Part shown: one piece after another, positions 26,998 to 36,397 of the stretch
Position numbering within the stretch: the stretch's first letter is position 1
Layout of the letters: each line of letters begins with the position of its first letter
Assembly (NCBI GenBank): GCA_030040315.1
Contig: JASHTY010000350.1
Coordinates: 2,781 to 66,780, forward strand
Source of the DNA: Terriglobia bacterium
Lineage (GTDB): Bacteria; Acidobacteriota; Terriglobia; UBA7540
DNA: 64,000 nt
Direction: 5' to 3'
Made by a program: the position numbers and the translations under genes
Notes under the pieces: model-generated
Told to the model about the DNA's origin: nothing
The model's input: only the letters and a program-made list of their open reading frames with translations
The model's database searches: none

Positions 26998-28062
26998 TCA
27001 CGCATTTTGTATTCGCCGGGATTCTTCATCCTTTTGATGATGGACGATTGACTCCCCCTGCGGGGTTACCGTGAATCGGAAATCTTTGGAGTAATCGCCG
27101 TCCCACCTTCGCCAGAAGGCGTCCCAGGCCTTTTGGATCAGGGCACGAGGGAGCCATCGCATGAACCTTTTCCAATCGTACGAATAGTTGACGGACGCTA
27201 ATCCTTGCCGATGAAACTCCCAATACTCCGAAGGCAAGCGATGGAGCGAACACGCCGATTGGGTAAGCTGCAAGAAATAATTCTGTTCGGCGCGCTTCAT
27301 GCACGTGCGAAACTCGTCTTCCGAGAGGGAATTCCTCCCGTGTGCGGCCAGCATTGTAAAAGGCAGAAAGGCGCCCAGCCCGAATCCGCGCACGCGACAC
27401 ATGATCCCGCCATTCTCGGTGCGTGAATAGGTCAGCAATTGATGGACAAAACCAAAGTCCCAGCTGCGGAGCGCGTAAAAGTAAGCGTGGCCGTCTTCGA
27501 ATGGCGCGTATCGCTCTTCAAAGAATGGCTGCCCTGATCTTACTACCTCCGAACGGACAAGAGTTGAAGTTGGTGAGCCAAAAACGTACCTTCCCTTCAG
27601 AAAATAAAGCCGGCAAGCCTCGCGGCCCGACAACATGGACACAGGGTAAGGGATACCGTCGAGACTTACCTCGTCCCCTTCGATCCGGTATGCTGCGACC
27701 AATCCAACGGAAGGGTGGCGCTCCGCCACCTCAACCATGCTGCGGATGCAATCTGGAAAAATCCAATCATCCGCCTGCACCATCTTGCAGTATTTGCTCT
27801 CGGGCGATATGCACGTAAGGGAGAAATTGTAGTTTTGAACCTGGTTTCGAAACGTATCAGCATGGACAACCCGAATCCGGCCGGGAAATCGCGAAGCGTA
27901 CTGGTCGGCAATTTCACCGGACCCATCGGTGCTGCGATTATCCACCAGAACGTATTCCCAGTCCGCGTAGGTCTGGCGAAGAACGCTTTCGATGCAATCG
28001 CCCAAAAAAGCGGCGGTGTTGTAGAAGGGAGTTACGACGCTTACCAAAGGCATACTTCCCAT
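26998..28062 (-). CDS. glycosyltransferase family 2
   Basis: MPLVSVVTPFYNTAAFLGDCIESVLRQTYADWEYVLVDNRSTDGS and the QADD motif. Confidence 0.88.
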   Translation of the reverse strand: MGSMPLVSVVTPFYNTAAFLGDCIESVLRQTYADWEYVLVDNRSTDGSGEIADQYASRFPGRIRVVHADTFRNQVQNYNFSLTCISPESKYCKMVQADDWIFPDCIRSMVEVAERHPSVGLVAAYRIEGDEVSLDGIPYPVSMLSGREACRLYFLKGRYVFGSPTSTLVRSEVVRSGQPFFEERYAPFEDGHAYFYALRSWDFGFVHQLLTYSRTENGGIMCRVRGFGLGAFLPFTMLAAHGRNSLSEDEFRTCMKRAEQNYFLQLTQSACSLHRLPSEYWEFHRQGLASVNYSYDWKRFMRWLPRALIQKAWDAFWRRWDGDYSKDFRFTVTPQGESIVHHQKDEESRRIQNA

Positions 28063-28185
28063 TTTATTTCACCGATATCAGTATGAATTGGCCCAGTACG
28101 CCGCTCCAAGACCCAAATGGCAACTCATCATGTCGACAACTGCCATTCAGGCAGCACGATCGAAAACTCAGGAAGTATCGGCCGA

Positions 28186-29964
28186 CTACTGTGCACCTTC
28201 CCACACAGTTACGGACGCGCGCAGCCAGTGGTCGGGAAGTATTTTGGGCTCTCCTATTGAGGGGGAGGGGACATACAGTTTGCGCCCGAGCGAAGTCAAC
28301 CACGCTGGAAGATGGGGACTTGGGGAGTACAAGAATATGGTGCTCCCTCCTTCCAAAAATGATCGAGTTTGCGCAAGCGAGGCATCGTCCTCGGGCAGAA
28401 CGACCACAAGATCGCCGGACCTAGGATCGCCACCAGCACGACCCATAATACTCCGGTATACTTCTAGCGGCTCGTCTTTGGTCAAAGCCGGAGTAACCAA
28501 GAGAACTGTTTCCGCAAGTCCCGGTTTGTCCTCGGCACGTTCAATGGGTAATCCTCGATAGCCTAGGTAGGCACCGAATTCCATCATCTCGTAGCGGCCC
28601 GCAAACGGAAAGAAAAGCCTCTTCGCATTGCTGGCCCTTCCCTGAAACTGCTCTTGAACTACAGTCGCAATCTCAGACTTGGCGTGAATCAGATTCTTCT
28701 TATAGTATTCGAACGTCGTGGACAGTAATGCATTTTGGGTCAGGACAAGGCAAATCCCACAAGCCAGCGCTGCTTTCGTTCCTGACTGCAGATCTCTCCA
28801 TGATAAAAACACAAGCCTACCGAGATATAGGACCGCAATGACGTCCGTGGGCGCCAGGTAGTACACGCTATAAATACGCAACCAACAGAATGCGATAAAA
28901 TAAGTTACCCCTCCGTATGCCAGCCCCTCCCAGAATGGTGATGGCGCGATCCTGCGTTGATAGATGCGAAAAGCCCGAGCCAAGGCGGTGATTGTGAGCA
29001 AGAACGCCAACAGATCGGTCTTAATATACGACAATAGCACCTCCAATTCCGGCCAGCGCGCAGCCTGGAGATATTCAAGGTTCGTATGCCGAAACATGAC
29101 GGCACCGTAGTAGAGCAGAAAAATCAAACCAAGTGATGCAAGGCAAAAATCCAAACGGCTCGGCTTTTCCCAAAGCCGGGAGAAGTCCCATCCAGAACGG
29201 TCTGCATTCCGGCAACACAATAACGACCGTCCCGCGACGAAACCCCATAATATGAGGAAAGCCGTCTCCTTATAATAGAGCATGAACTGTGCTGACACGA
29301 TTGCAGCGATCGCCATGCCAGCGGAATGAGTTTGGTCAAACCTCTTTACGGCAAATATCAGACAAACAAGCCAGAAAACTTCGTTGCGTTCCGGATAAAT
29401 CAAACTTCCGAACGAAACCACAATGCCCGTTGCGATTAGGAGGCACGCAGTCAAGAACAAACGAGCTGTAAATTTCAGATCTGCATCGAAGCTTAGGAGG
29501 ATGGCACAAACAATAAGTAGTTGCAGGATCGGAAGGGCATAATATGTACCAACGCTGGTGCCTAAATGACGGATAAAGTTGAATTCCAAAAAGGCGAGAG
29601 GTGTAAATCGTCCTGCACCAACCCAGATGAGTGGCGAATAGTTGCTGCCCCTGAGAGCAACACAGGTAAGCTGATTGTTTCCGTAATATGCAAAATCCTC
29701 CCACTTTATTATCAGAGCGATGTAACACGCTAGGAAGAAAAGAAACAAGACGACTGGCAGCCAGTTCCTGATAGACCAAGCCTTGTTTCCCGCTTTGAAT
29801 TCGGCCGAATTAATTCTCCGATCCGGAGGCGCTGAAGCTGTCGCCCGGCACACGAGCAACAGCGTGACGAACGCGGCTGAAACGGTCACACCGACCCAGA
29901 TGGGCAAAAAAAAACTCACTCTGGCCTGCCAAACCGTAGCGAGGATGTGGTAGATAGAGTGCAA
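28186..29964 (-). CDS. polytopic membrane protein, GT-C-like candidate with C-terminal soluble domain
   Basis: A 592-codon ORF with a TTG start, many hydrophobic segments, a KWEDFAYYG acidic motif in the first loop, and a C-terminal non-membrane region of about 180 aa. It is AT-richer than its neighbours. Confidence 0.4.
   Translation of the reverse strand: MHSIYHILATVWQARVSFFLPIWVGVTVSAAFVTLLLVCRATASAPPDRRINSAEFKAGNKAWSIRNWLPVVLFLFFLACYIALIIKWEDFAYYGNNQLTCVALRGSNYSPLIWVGAGRFTPLAFLEFNFIRHLGTSVGTYYALPILQLLIVCAILLSFDADLKFTARLFLTACLLIATGIVVSFGSLIYPERNEVFWLVCLIFAVKRFDQTHSAGMAIAAIVSAQFMLYYKETAFLILWGFVAGRSLLCCRNADRSGWDFSRLWEKPSRLDFCLASLGLIFLLYYGAVMFRHTNLEYLQAARWPELEVLLSYIKTDLLAFLLTITALARAFRIYQRRIAPSPFWEGLAYGGVTYFIAFCWLRIYSVYYLAPTDVIAVLYLGRLVFLSWRDLQSGTKAALACGICLVLTQNALLSTTFEYYKKNLIHAKSEIATVVQEQFQGRASNAKRLFFPFAGRYEMMEFGAYLGYRGLPIERAEDKPGLAETVLLVTPALTKDEPLEVYRSIMGRAGGDPRSGDLVVVLPEDDASLAQTRSFLEGGSTIFLYSPSPHLPAWLTSLGRKLYVPSPSIGEPKILPDHWLRASVTVWEGAQ
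29906..29914. repeat. A9/T9 homopolymer at the extreme 5' end of the 28186-29964 gene
   Basis: The plus strand reads tgggcAAAAAAAAActc. On the coding strand this is GTG AGT TTT TTT TTG CCC (codons 16-21). Confidence 0.9.
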
Positions 29965-30029
29965 TCTTGGAAATTGAATAGCAGCGGTTTAGGATCAATG
30001 AACAAAACGCTTGAGTGCGAGACATACGG

Positions 30030-31142
30030 TTACATAACTGCGGCCTCGGTGGATCGCACCCTCACCTGGGCTGAGAGAAATCTCCCGCGCTGCATCGCGG
30101 GTTTTTCCACCAAGAAATACGAAAGCGGTACAATTAGGCAAAGTGCCGGCAAGCAGAACGAGACGATCTGACCATTTCCAAAGAAGTCTACTTTGGGAGC
30201 CGTGAAGAGTTGTTGCCAAAGATAAATCCCATAGGACGTCAGGCCAATAGCCTGTACGGGCTTATTACATAGGAAAGTCCGAAGCCAGCCTTCTCCCCGT
30301 TCGAGGCTCGTTAGGAGCACAAGGGCAATCCCAGAAGGCACCAGCAAACTTTCATATATTGCAGCTTGCCAATTGGTCGATCCCAGGGGACGTATCAAAA
30401 GTGTGAGTCCGACAATCGCAACAATAATAGCAGGAACTTCGCTTGCGATGGAGCGGACGCGCACTTCGTAGATTGCCATTAAGATGCCACACGCGATGCA
30501 GGCGAAGCCAGCCCGAGAGGCACTTGAGATTAGCGAGTTCCATCCCGTATAGGTAATGAGAAAATTCCAGGCCGCACACAAGAAAAATACAACAATGAAC
30601 GTCTGACCTTTCCGTGCCCTTGGGGTTAGAATCCAGATGGTCGGGAAGATTAGGTAGAATTGCTCTTCCACTGCTAAGCTCCAGGTATGGCCCACAAACC
30701 AGCTATAGCGCGGGAGCAAGGTAGTGTCACGAATCAGCAACGCCCCCCCAAAGATTGCGTTCCAATGCTCGTCAATCAGCCCGAGACATAATAACAGCGA
30801 TATTGCCCCAAGGTAGATAAACAGGGGTGGGAGGATGCGAAACGCTCTCCTTATATAAAATGCTCGCAGGGAAACTGAACCATAACGCAGTTCCTCTGAG
30901 ATCAACAGTCTGCAAATCACAAAACCACTGATTACAAAGAAGATATCAACGCCAAGGGGCCCGGAGTAGTGAACGAAATGATCGAGATACGGAAATCGGG
31001 ATATCAAACGATGATGTTGAAATCCGCCGATATGGTGCGCAATGACGAGCATAACACTCATCGCTCGCCAGCCGTCCAGTTCACGGAGGCGGCCGCCAGC
31101 AACTTTTTCCACTGCAAGTCGCGCTCCCAGGCTTTGAACCAT
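30030..31142 (-). CDS. acyltransferase family 3 (O-acetyltransferase, OafA-like) membrane protein
   Basis: LRELDGWRAMSVMLVIAHHIG, about 10 TM segments, and a WSLAVEEQFY motif. Confidence 0.85.
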   Translation of the reverse strand: MVQSLGARLAVEKVAGGRLRELDGWRAMSVMLVIAHHIGGFQHHRLISRFPYLDHFVHYSGPLGVDIFFVISGFVICRLLISEELRYGSVSLRAFYIRRAFRILPPLFIYLGAISLLLCLGLIDEHWNAIFGGALLIRDTTLLPRYSWFVGHTWSLAVEEQFYLIFPTIWILTPRARKGQTFIVVFFLCAAWNFLITYTGWNSLISSASRAGFACIACGILMAIYEVRVRSIASEVPAIIVAIVGLTLLIRPLGSTNWQAAIYESLLVPSGIALVLLTSLERGEGWLRTFLCNKPVQAIGLTSYGIYLWQQLFTAPKVDFFGNGQIVSFCLPALCLIVPLSYFLVEKPAMQRGRFLSAQVRVRSTEAAVM

Positions 31143-31182
31143 TTCAGAGGGTACGACCTTCCTTTTCGTCTGCTTGCCGTGT

Positions 31183-33006
31183 TCAGTGAATGAACGGACG
31201 GGCGCGAGTTCGATCGATGGTCTGAATAATTAAGGCTTCATCCGGAACGGCGCCGCTCGTAAAACGCGTTGCGTCCCCGGCGACACGAACAAACCCTTCC
31301 TCTGTCCCGCACTTAACGAAAATGAGATCTCGATCGAGAGCCCGCGAATGCAGGATGCAACCAGGAGGAGTGGGCGGGTCACTCAAAAAGGTGCCTTCCT
31401 GGGGCCGGAGGTAATAGCGGTCGGAAACGAGTGACTCAATCGAAGCAGCAAAATCACGTTGTTGAAAATCCTGCGTAATCAAGTGCGGCAGGGCCACAGC
31501 CCGTGTCGCAATCAGTGCCGGAATTCGCGCAACCGCCGAAGCGCCGAAGCGATCAAATTCCGCCTTCTGAAACTCCTCCGGCGCGCGATGGTCAGCGGTT
31601 ATAAACAACAATCCCTTCTGTAGAAATCCGGTTGCCTGCAGCCCCTCGTAGAACGCTCCAATTTGCGCATCGGTCTGCCGTATAACCAGGTCTTCGCCGT
31701 TCAGGCTTCCTCCATTCTGATCTGTGAACGGCCGATGACTCCAGAATGTCTGCACGACCATGAAGAATGGCTTGTCGACAGGCATCTGCGCTACCTCTTT
31801 CAGGGCGATTTGGAAGAGGAGCCGGTCAGGCACAGAGTTAAAAGGGCCGCGGATTTTCTGCCCCGCAAATCGCGGGTCGTCCGATCCAATGATCTTCTTG
31901 AAACCAACCCCCTTGAGCCATCGGTCCTGGCCGATGAACTCCAGGTCCCCCCCAGCCACGTACTCTGTCGCATACCCCTGATCCGAAAGCACTCGCGCAA
32001 TCGGCCGGCTGACATCCATATAGTCGCCAAGCGTCGGTGCACCGAATGGATTGTACTTCGTGTGCTCAGGGACAAATGGAAAGGTTCCCCCCACCAACGA
32101 AACCAACCCTCCTATGGTGGTCCAGCCGTTCGCATAAAAGTTGGTGAGCGCCGTTTCACTTTCGGCGATTTTGTCAAGGCACGGCGTACGGTCTGCCAGG
32201 CCCGAGAAAAACTTTGAATTGTAGGCAGAAAAGCTTTCGACCATCACCAGGATCACATTGAGTCGTTGTTGCCGGCCTGGGTGAATGGTTTCCGGTTCCG
32301 GTGTCGCCAGGATTCGGGCTCGGAAGGCATCGCTGAAATTTGTATAGGTGAAGAAACTTTCGTTGCGCTCAATGAAATTCTGGTAGAGCGCCCTATCATA
32401 GAAAGAATAGACGTACCCGGGAACCGGCACGAGCCACACCATCGTAAGCAGCACTGCGGCGCCCACCAGAAAGCGCTTCGGGAGCGGAGAATCCTGCGGC
32501 TTAGCCAGGAGCAGGTAGAACGCCCTGAGCCAGAGGAATATGACAAGCACCTCAATTGCGTCCTTCCATAGGGAATCTCCCGATGTAGCCCTCAAACCTG
32601 ACCTCAATAACGACTCAATGGCTCGATGCTCAGATGAAAAAGTCACGATATCGGCGGCATACAACCGAGTCCCAAAGAAGTGGAAGGCAAAGACGTCTGC
32701 CGCGTAAATTACCAGGACCAGAACAAGTGCCAACATGCACAGCTTAGAGAAAATCCTTGCTGTGATGCGGGTCATCCCCGGGCGGATATCCGAGCCGAGA
32801 CTCTGTGCGGCAACATACAGGAACAGCACCAATGCGAAAATGGCAGCATCATGTTGGAAGGTAGCGAGGAAAAGTCGCGGGCCCCGTGCGGCCGCCATCA
32901 TGTGCCTCACTCTCCAAATCAATAAAGCTGGAACCAGGACCACGATCGTAAATTCCGGGCGCCAGAGCCAATTGCCCGCCGTTGATTTCCAACCTTGTTG
33001 AGTCAT
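31183..33006 (-). CDS. LTA-synthase/sulfatase-family membrane protein (phosphoglycerol- or phosphoethanolamine-type transferase)
   Basis: An N-terminal multi-TM region followed by an alkaline-phosphatase-superfamily domain beginning LNVILVMVESFSAYNS. Confidence 0.75.
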   Translation of the reverse strand: MTQQGWKSTAGNWLWRPEFTIVVLVPALLIWRVRHMMAAARGPRLFLATFQHDAAIFALVLFLYVAAQSLGSDIRPGMTRITARIFSKLCMLALVLVLVIYAADVFAFHFFGTRLYAADIVTFSSEHRAIESLLRSGLRATSGDSLWKDAIEVLVIFLWLRAFYLLLAKPQDSPLPKRFLVGAAVLLTMVWLVPVPGYVYSFYDRALYQNFIERNESFFTYTNFSDAFRARILATPEPETIHPGRQQRLNVILVMVESFSAYNSKFFSGLADRTPCLDKIAESETALTNFYANGWTTIGGLVSLVGGTFPFVPEHTKYNPFGAPTLGDYMDVSRPIARVLSDQGYATEYVAGGDLEFIGQDRWLKGVGFKKIIGSDDPRFAGQKIRGPFNSVPDRLLFQIALKEVAQMPVDKPFFMVVQTFWSHRPFTDQNGGSLNGEDLVIRQTDAQIGAFYEGLQATGFLQKGLLFITADHRAPEEFQKAEFDRFGASAVARIPALIATRAVALPHLITQDFQQRDFAASIESLVSDRYYLRPQEGTFLSDPPTPPGCILHSRALDRDLIFVKCGTEEGFVRVAGDATRFTSGAVPDEALIIQTIDRTRARPFIH

Positions 33007-33151
33007 TTCCGATTGCTCGATGGAGGGATGATTTGGAACCTTGTTCCGCCCGCGCCATTCGTCGAGGCTTCGATCAACTGGTTATTAGAGATGATTATGA
33101 GTTGGCAAGAAACCTTCAACTGCGACTCGCCCAGCGCAGAGGTGCCACAGA

Positions 33152-34564
33152 TCATTTCGCAAGACCAGCCAGAGTGTCGTATTGACGGGTTAAAGCGATC
33201 AGGTTTCGCTGCAAGTAATCTGCTATCTGCTCGATAATGATTTTTTTCCTCTGTTCCACACGACCGAGAGCCTTGACCACATCGTCCGCTGTGAAATCTC
33301 GAATGCGCAAAACGTAATCGCTCTGTTCCACGTCTTCCATCACCCAGTCCACCTTGGGATCGAAGGAAATGGCAATGACGGGTTTTTGAGTCGAAAAACC
33401 AAGAATGACACTGTGCAGACGGCTGGCAATAAGGAAATCAACGTCCCTAAGGGATGCGACAAGCTCCTTCCACGAGGTGATTGAGGGGACATAAATCTGC
33501 CCACCATGCAACTTCCTGCAGTCCTCACCTAGACGGCCAAGCATTTCGGCCGTGACGCTTTCGTCGTCGCCCAACGATGAGGAAACCACGACGATGAAGT
33601 AACCCTTTTGGACGAGTTGCGACACAATCTGCGTCATCTGTTGCAGGTATCGATCGTAATGGGCGGAGTCTTCATACGGCCAGCTTCCGGGCTTGGCATA
33701 AGCAATCGGGCTGATCGCGACAATGGTGCGACTGTGCGACAGCGATCGAATGCCTGCGGGCGGCGGCAATTCCGAGCTGGGTAAGCTGAATGCCAGATCC
33801 GCGACGATTTCGTCACCCTTGGCTCGGGGCAGCAAATCCGCGGCGATATTCTTACTATTCCTGTCCCGATATGATCGATATCGCGCCATCCGAAGCGCTG
33901 AAGAAAGGAAAAAACGCGACGTATGCGAACTTATCTTGCAGGCGCCCACGCTTGCGACGGCATATGGGACTCTTGCCATCCAGGCCAACACTGCCCACTT
34001 AAAGAGCGCGAAAGGGTGGCCCCATGCCCCTCCCCACTCATCATCCAGTTGACCGCCGCCCGACACGATCAACAAATCCTGCCTGCGGAGGAAGCGATAC
34101 CCTGCGACGCTATGACGAAACTCCCGCCAGACGCGCTTTCCAAAGGAGTAAATCGTCTTTAGGCCCCAACCCACGACAGGCACACCCTTAAGCGCCTGTT
34201 TTATTACACTCACATCCAAGCTTTTGTTATTTGACGGTCGCCTTGGGATATCTCCCTCTCCGGGCCGGCGCATCACCTTTCCAGAGTACATTCTGTAAAA
34301 TCGTTGTTCCGATCCGCAAAGTGGGAATGCTTCCGTGCCGTGCCGATCCATAAAATTGTCGCTGTTTAGCGAGAGTCCTGCAAACTGGGCGCGAGGGAGC
34401 CGATGGCGAAGGTGGGCGATCATCGCATCCTGAATGGCGGCATCACCGAGGTTGCCTCCGGTGTACGGCGTCAGCAGTGCGATTCGCGGGCGAGCTCCAT
34501 CAACTTCCTGACCAGGCTGATGAGCAGGAACATGAGCGGAGGAACGCAGTTCATCGATACCCAA
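33152..34564 (-). CDS. polysaccharide pyruvyl transferase family protein
   Basis: IALLTPYTGGNLGDAAIQDAMI at the N-terminus and DFLIASRLHSVILGF near the C-terminus. The start is TTG with GGAG upstream. Confidence 0.78.
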   Translation of the reverse strand: MGIDELRSSAHVPAHQPGQEVDGARPRIALLTPYTGGNLGDAAIQDAMIAHLRHRLPRAQFAGLSLNSDNFMDRHGTEAFPLCGSEQRFYRMYSGKVMRRPGEGDIPRRPSNNKSLDVSVIKQALKGVPVVGWGLKTIYSFGKRVWREFRHSVAGYRFLRRQDLLIVSGGGQLDDEWGGAWGHPFALFKWAVLAWMARVPYAVASVGACKISSHTSRFFLSSALRMARYRSYRDRNSKNIAADLLPRAKGDEIVADLAFSLPSSELPPPAGIRSLSHSRTIVAISPIAYAKPGSWPYEDSAHYDRYLQQMTQIVSQLVQKGYFIVVVSSSLGDDESVTAEMLGRLGEDCRKLHGGQIYVPSITSWKELVASLRDVDFLIASRLHSVILGFSTQKPVIAISFDPKVDWVMEDVEQSDYVLRIRDFTADDVVKALGRVEQRKKIIIEQIADYLQRNLIALTRQYDTLAGLAK

Positions 34565-34680
34565 GCGGTCGGTCGTACTCCCTGCTCCTTATAATCTCAT
34601 TTATGGAAATGCATCAGGCGGCGATTCAGCAGTACGGGCGGCAACGTTGCGACCCTTTCCCGACGTTTATCAACGAGTCT

Positions 34681-35511
34681 TTAGGAACGCGGATTCTCTG
34701 CCGCCACCGCAGACACCGCGCCGCGATGTTCGCTCAGAAAACTGGTGATGTCCTTCCGCAAGCCTGCTCCACCGGCAATGAGGCCCGAGAGTAATGAAGA
34801 TTTGCGATTGAAGGCCGGTCGTGTACCTTCCAGGCTTTGCACATATCCTCCCGCGGATTCGATGAGTGCGACGCCGGCTGCAATATCCCATTCGTTCTTG
34901 GGCGAAAGAGTCCACGTGGCATCTGCTAGTCCGGCCGACACCAACGCAAGCTTGTAAGCCACCGACCCGGTGGGACGGACCACGAAGTGCGGGCTGTGAA
35001 ATATCTCCCACTCACCGCGCTTGACTTCGCTACGGCTGGCGAGCACGACGGCATCGGTAAGACTGTTTTTGCCGGTTACGCGCACCGGCCGTCCGTTATA
35101 CGTGGCTCCGGCGTCAATCGAGCCGAGAAACAACTCTCGCGTGAGGGGATTGTAGATGCCTCCTGCCACCGCGCGCCCGTGTTCGATCCATCCGACTGAA
35201 ATACACCATTCGGGGATCCCTGCCAGAAACTCCAGAGTCCCATCGATCGGATCAACAATCCACACGTGCGTCTTATTCAGACGCTCATGGTCATCCGCGC
35301 TCTCCTCCGAAAGCCAACCTTCACCATCGCGAACCAGCATTTTTCGGAGCAAACCGTTAATCGCTCGATCGGCTTCGGTTACGGGGCCGCGCCCGCCGAG
35401 TTTCTGCGAGGTCTCAATTTTCCCGGGAATAAACGACGAGGCGAGCTCACCCGAGGCTTCAAGCGCTTCGTGTATTCTCGGCAGAATCGGCTGTGCGATG
35501 AATTCGCCCAT
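34681..35511 (-). CDS. cysQ: 3'(2'),5'-bisphosphate nucleotidase (inositol monophosphatase family)
   Basis: Motifs are WLSEES, WIVDPIDGTLEF and WDIAAGVALIESAGG. It sits next to a PAPS-forming enzyme. Confidence 0.8.
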   Translation of the reverse strand: MGEFIAQPILPRIHEALEASGELASSFIPGKIETSQKLGGRGPVTEADRAINGLLRKMLVRDGEGWLSEESADDHERLNKTHVWIVDPIDGTLEFLAGIPEWCISVGWIEHGRAVAGGIYNPLTRELFLGSIDAGATYNGRPVRVTGKNSLTDAVVLASRSEVKRGEWEIFHSPHFVVRPTGSVAYKLALVSAGLADATWTLSPKNEWDIAAGVALIESAGGYVQSLEGTRPAFNRKSSLLSGLIAGGAGLRKDITSFLSEHRGAVSAVAAENPRS

Positions 35512-35529
35512 TGACCGTGAGGGTTCCTT

Positions 35530-36396
35530 TCACGCCCACAACATCCGCGCCCCGCAAACCATCAAGATCAAGTACAGGACAAACCGGAGAGTTTGGCCCG
35601 GCAGCACCGTGCTCAGCTTTACACCCAAGAATGAACCTGGGATGGAACCGATCAGCAACGGAAGCACCAGGGACATGTCCACCATGCCGAGGTGCCAGTC
35701 CAGCAAGCTGGCGAAGCCGGTGAGGGCTACGGCATGCGCAATGTCGGAGGCAACCAGCACCACAGGAGAGCTCTGAACAAACGTCAGCAGCAAGGCCATG
35801 ATGACGCTGCCCGATCCAACCGAGCTCACGCCGACCAAAAATCCTGCGATCAAACCTATAATTACGATCGCAGGGTAAAGCTCGTTGGCAGGCCTCTTCT
35901 TAATCGCGAGAAACTTCTCGATCCTGCCCTGAATAAGCAAGAAGGCGGGAATACAAACCAGCAGAACGCCAATGAATGTTCTAAGAATTGTGTTGACTTC
36001 ACTTCCATACACCGACCGCAAATGTCCCAACAGCAACGCACCAAGAAGTGTACCAGGTAGACTGCCAGCGGCCAGTGCTGCTACCAGCGACCAGTTCACT
36101 GTCTTGTTGCGCCAATGGATCCAACTGGCCGATACCTTCGTGAAAGCATTGAAAGCAGCGGCCGACCCCACTGCGGTGAGAGCCGGCACGCCCAGTCCAA
36201 AGATCAAGATGGGCAACAAGGCCACACCCCCGCCCATTCCGCTCATGCCGATCAGCACTCCGACAAAAGCCCCGATTAATACTTTGCCAACAATAAGCGG
36301 CATCACATCCTCGTATTCGACTTCCAACCTGAATTCAAAGGCGAGGTTTGAAAAATCTTTTCTGCGGAGAGGATTTGCTGCAGCGTCGCCGCCCAT
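35530..36396 (-). CDS. TauE/SafE (TSUP) family anion permease
   Basis: Glycine-rich TM repeats (GVLIGMSGMGGGV, and GFLVGVSSVGSGS in the second half). The ATG at 36396 lies 1 nt after the sat/cysC stop. Alternative starts are at 36429 and 36303. Confidence 0.8.
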   Translation of the reverse strand: MGGDAAANPLRRKDFSNLAFEFRLEVEYEDVMPLIVGKVLIGAFVGVLIGMSGMGGGVALLPILIFGLGVPALTAVGSAAAFNAFTKVSASWIHWRNKTVNWSLVAALAAGSLPGTLLGALLLGHLRSVYGSEVNTILRTFIGVLLVCIPAFLLIQGRIEKFLAIKKRPANELYPAIVIIGLIAGFLVGVSSVGSGSVIMALLLTFVQSSPVVLVASDIAHAVALTGFASLLDWHLGMVDMSLVLPLLIGSIPGSFLGVKLSTVLPGQTLRFVLYLILMVCGARMLWA

Positions 36397-36397
36397 T

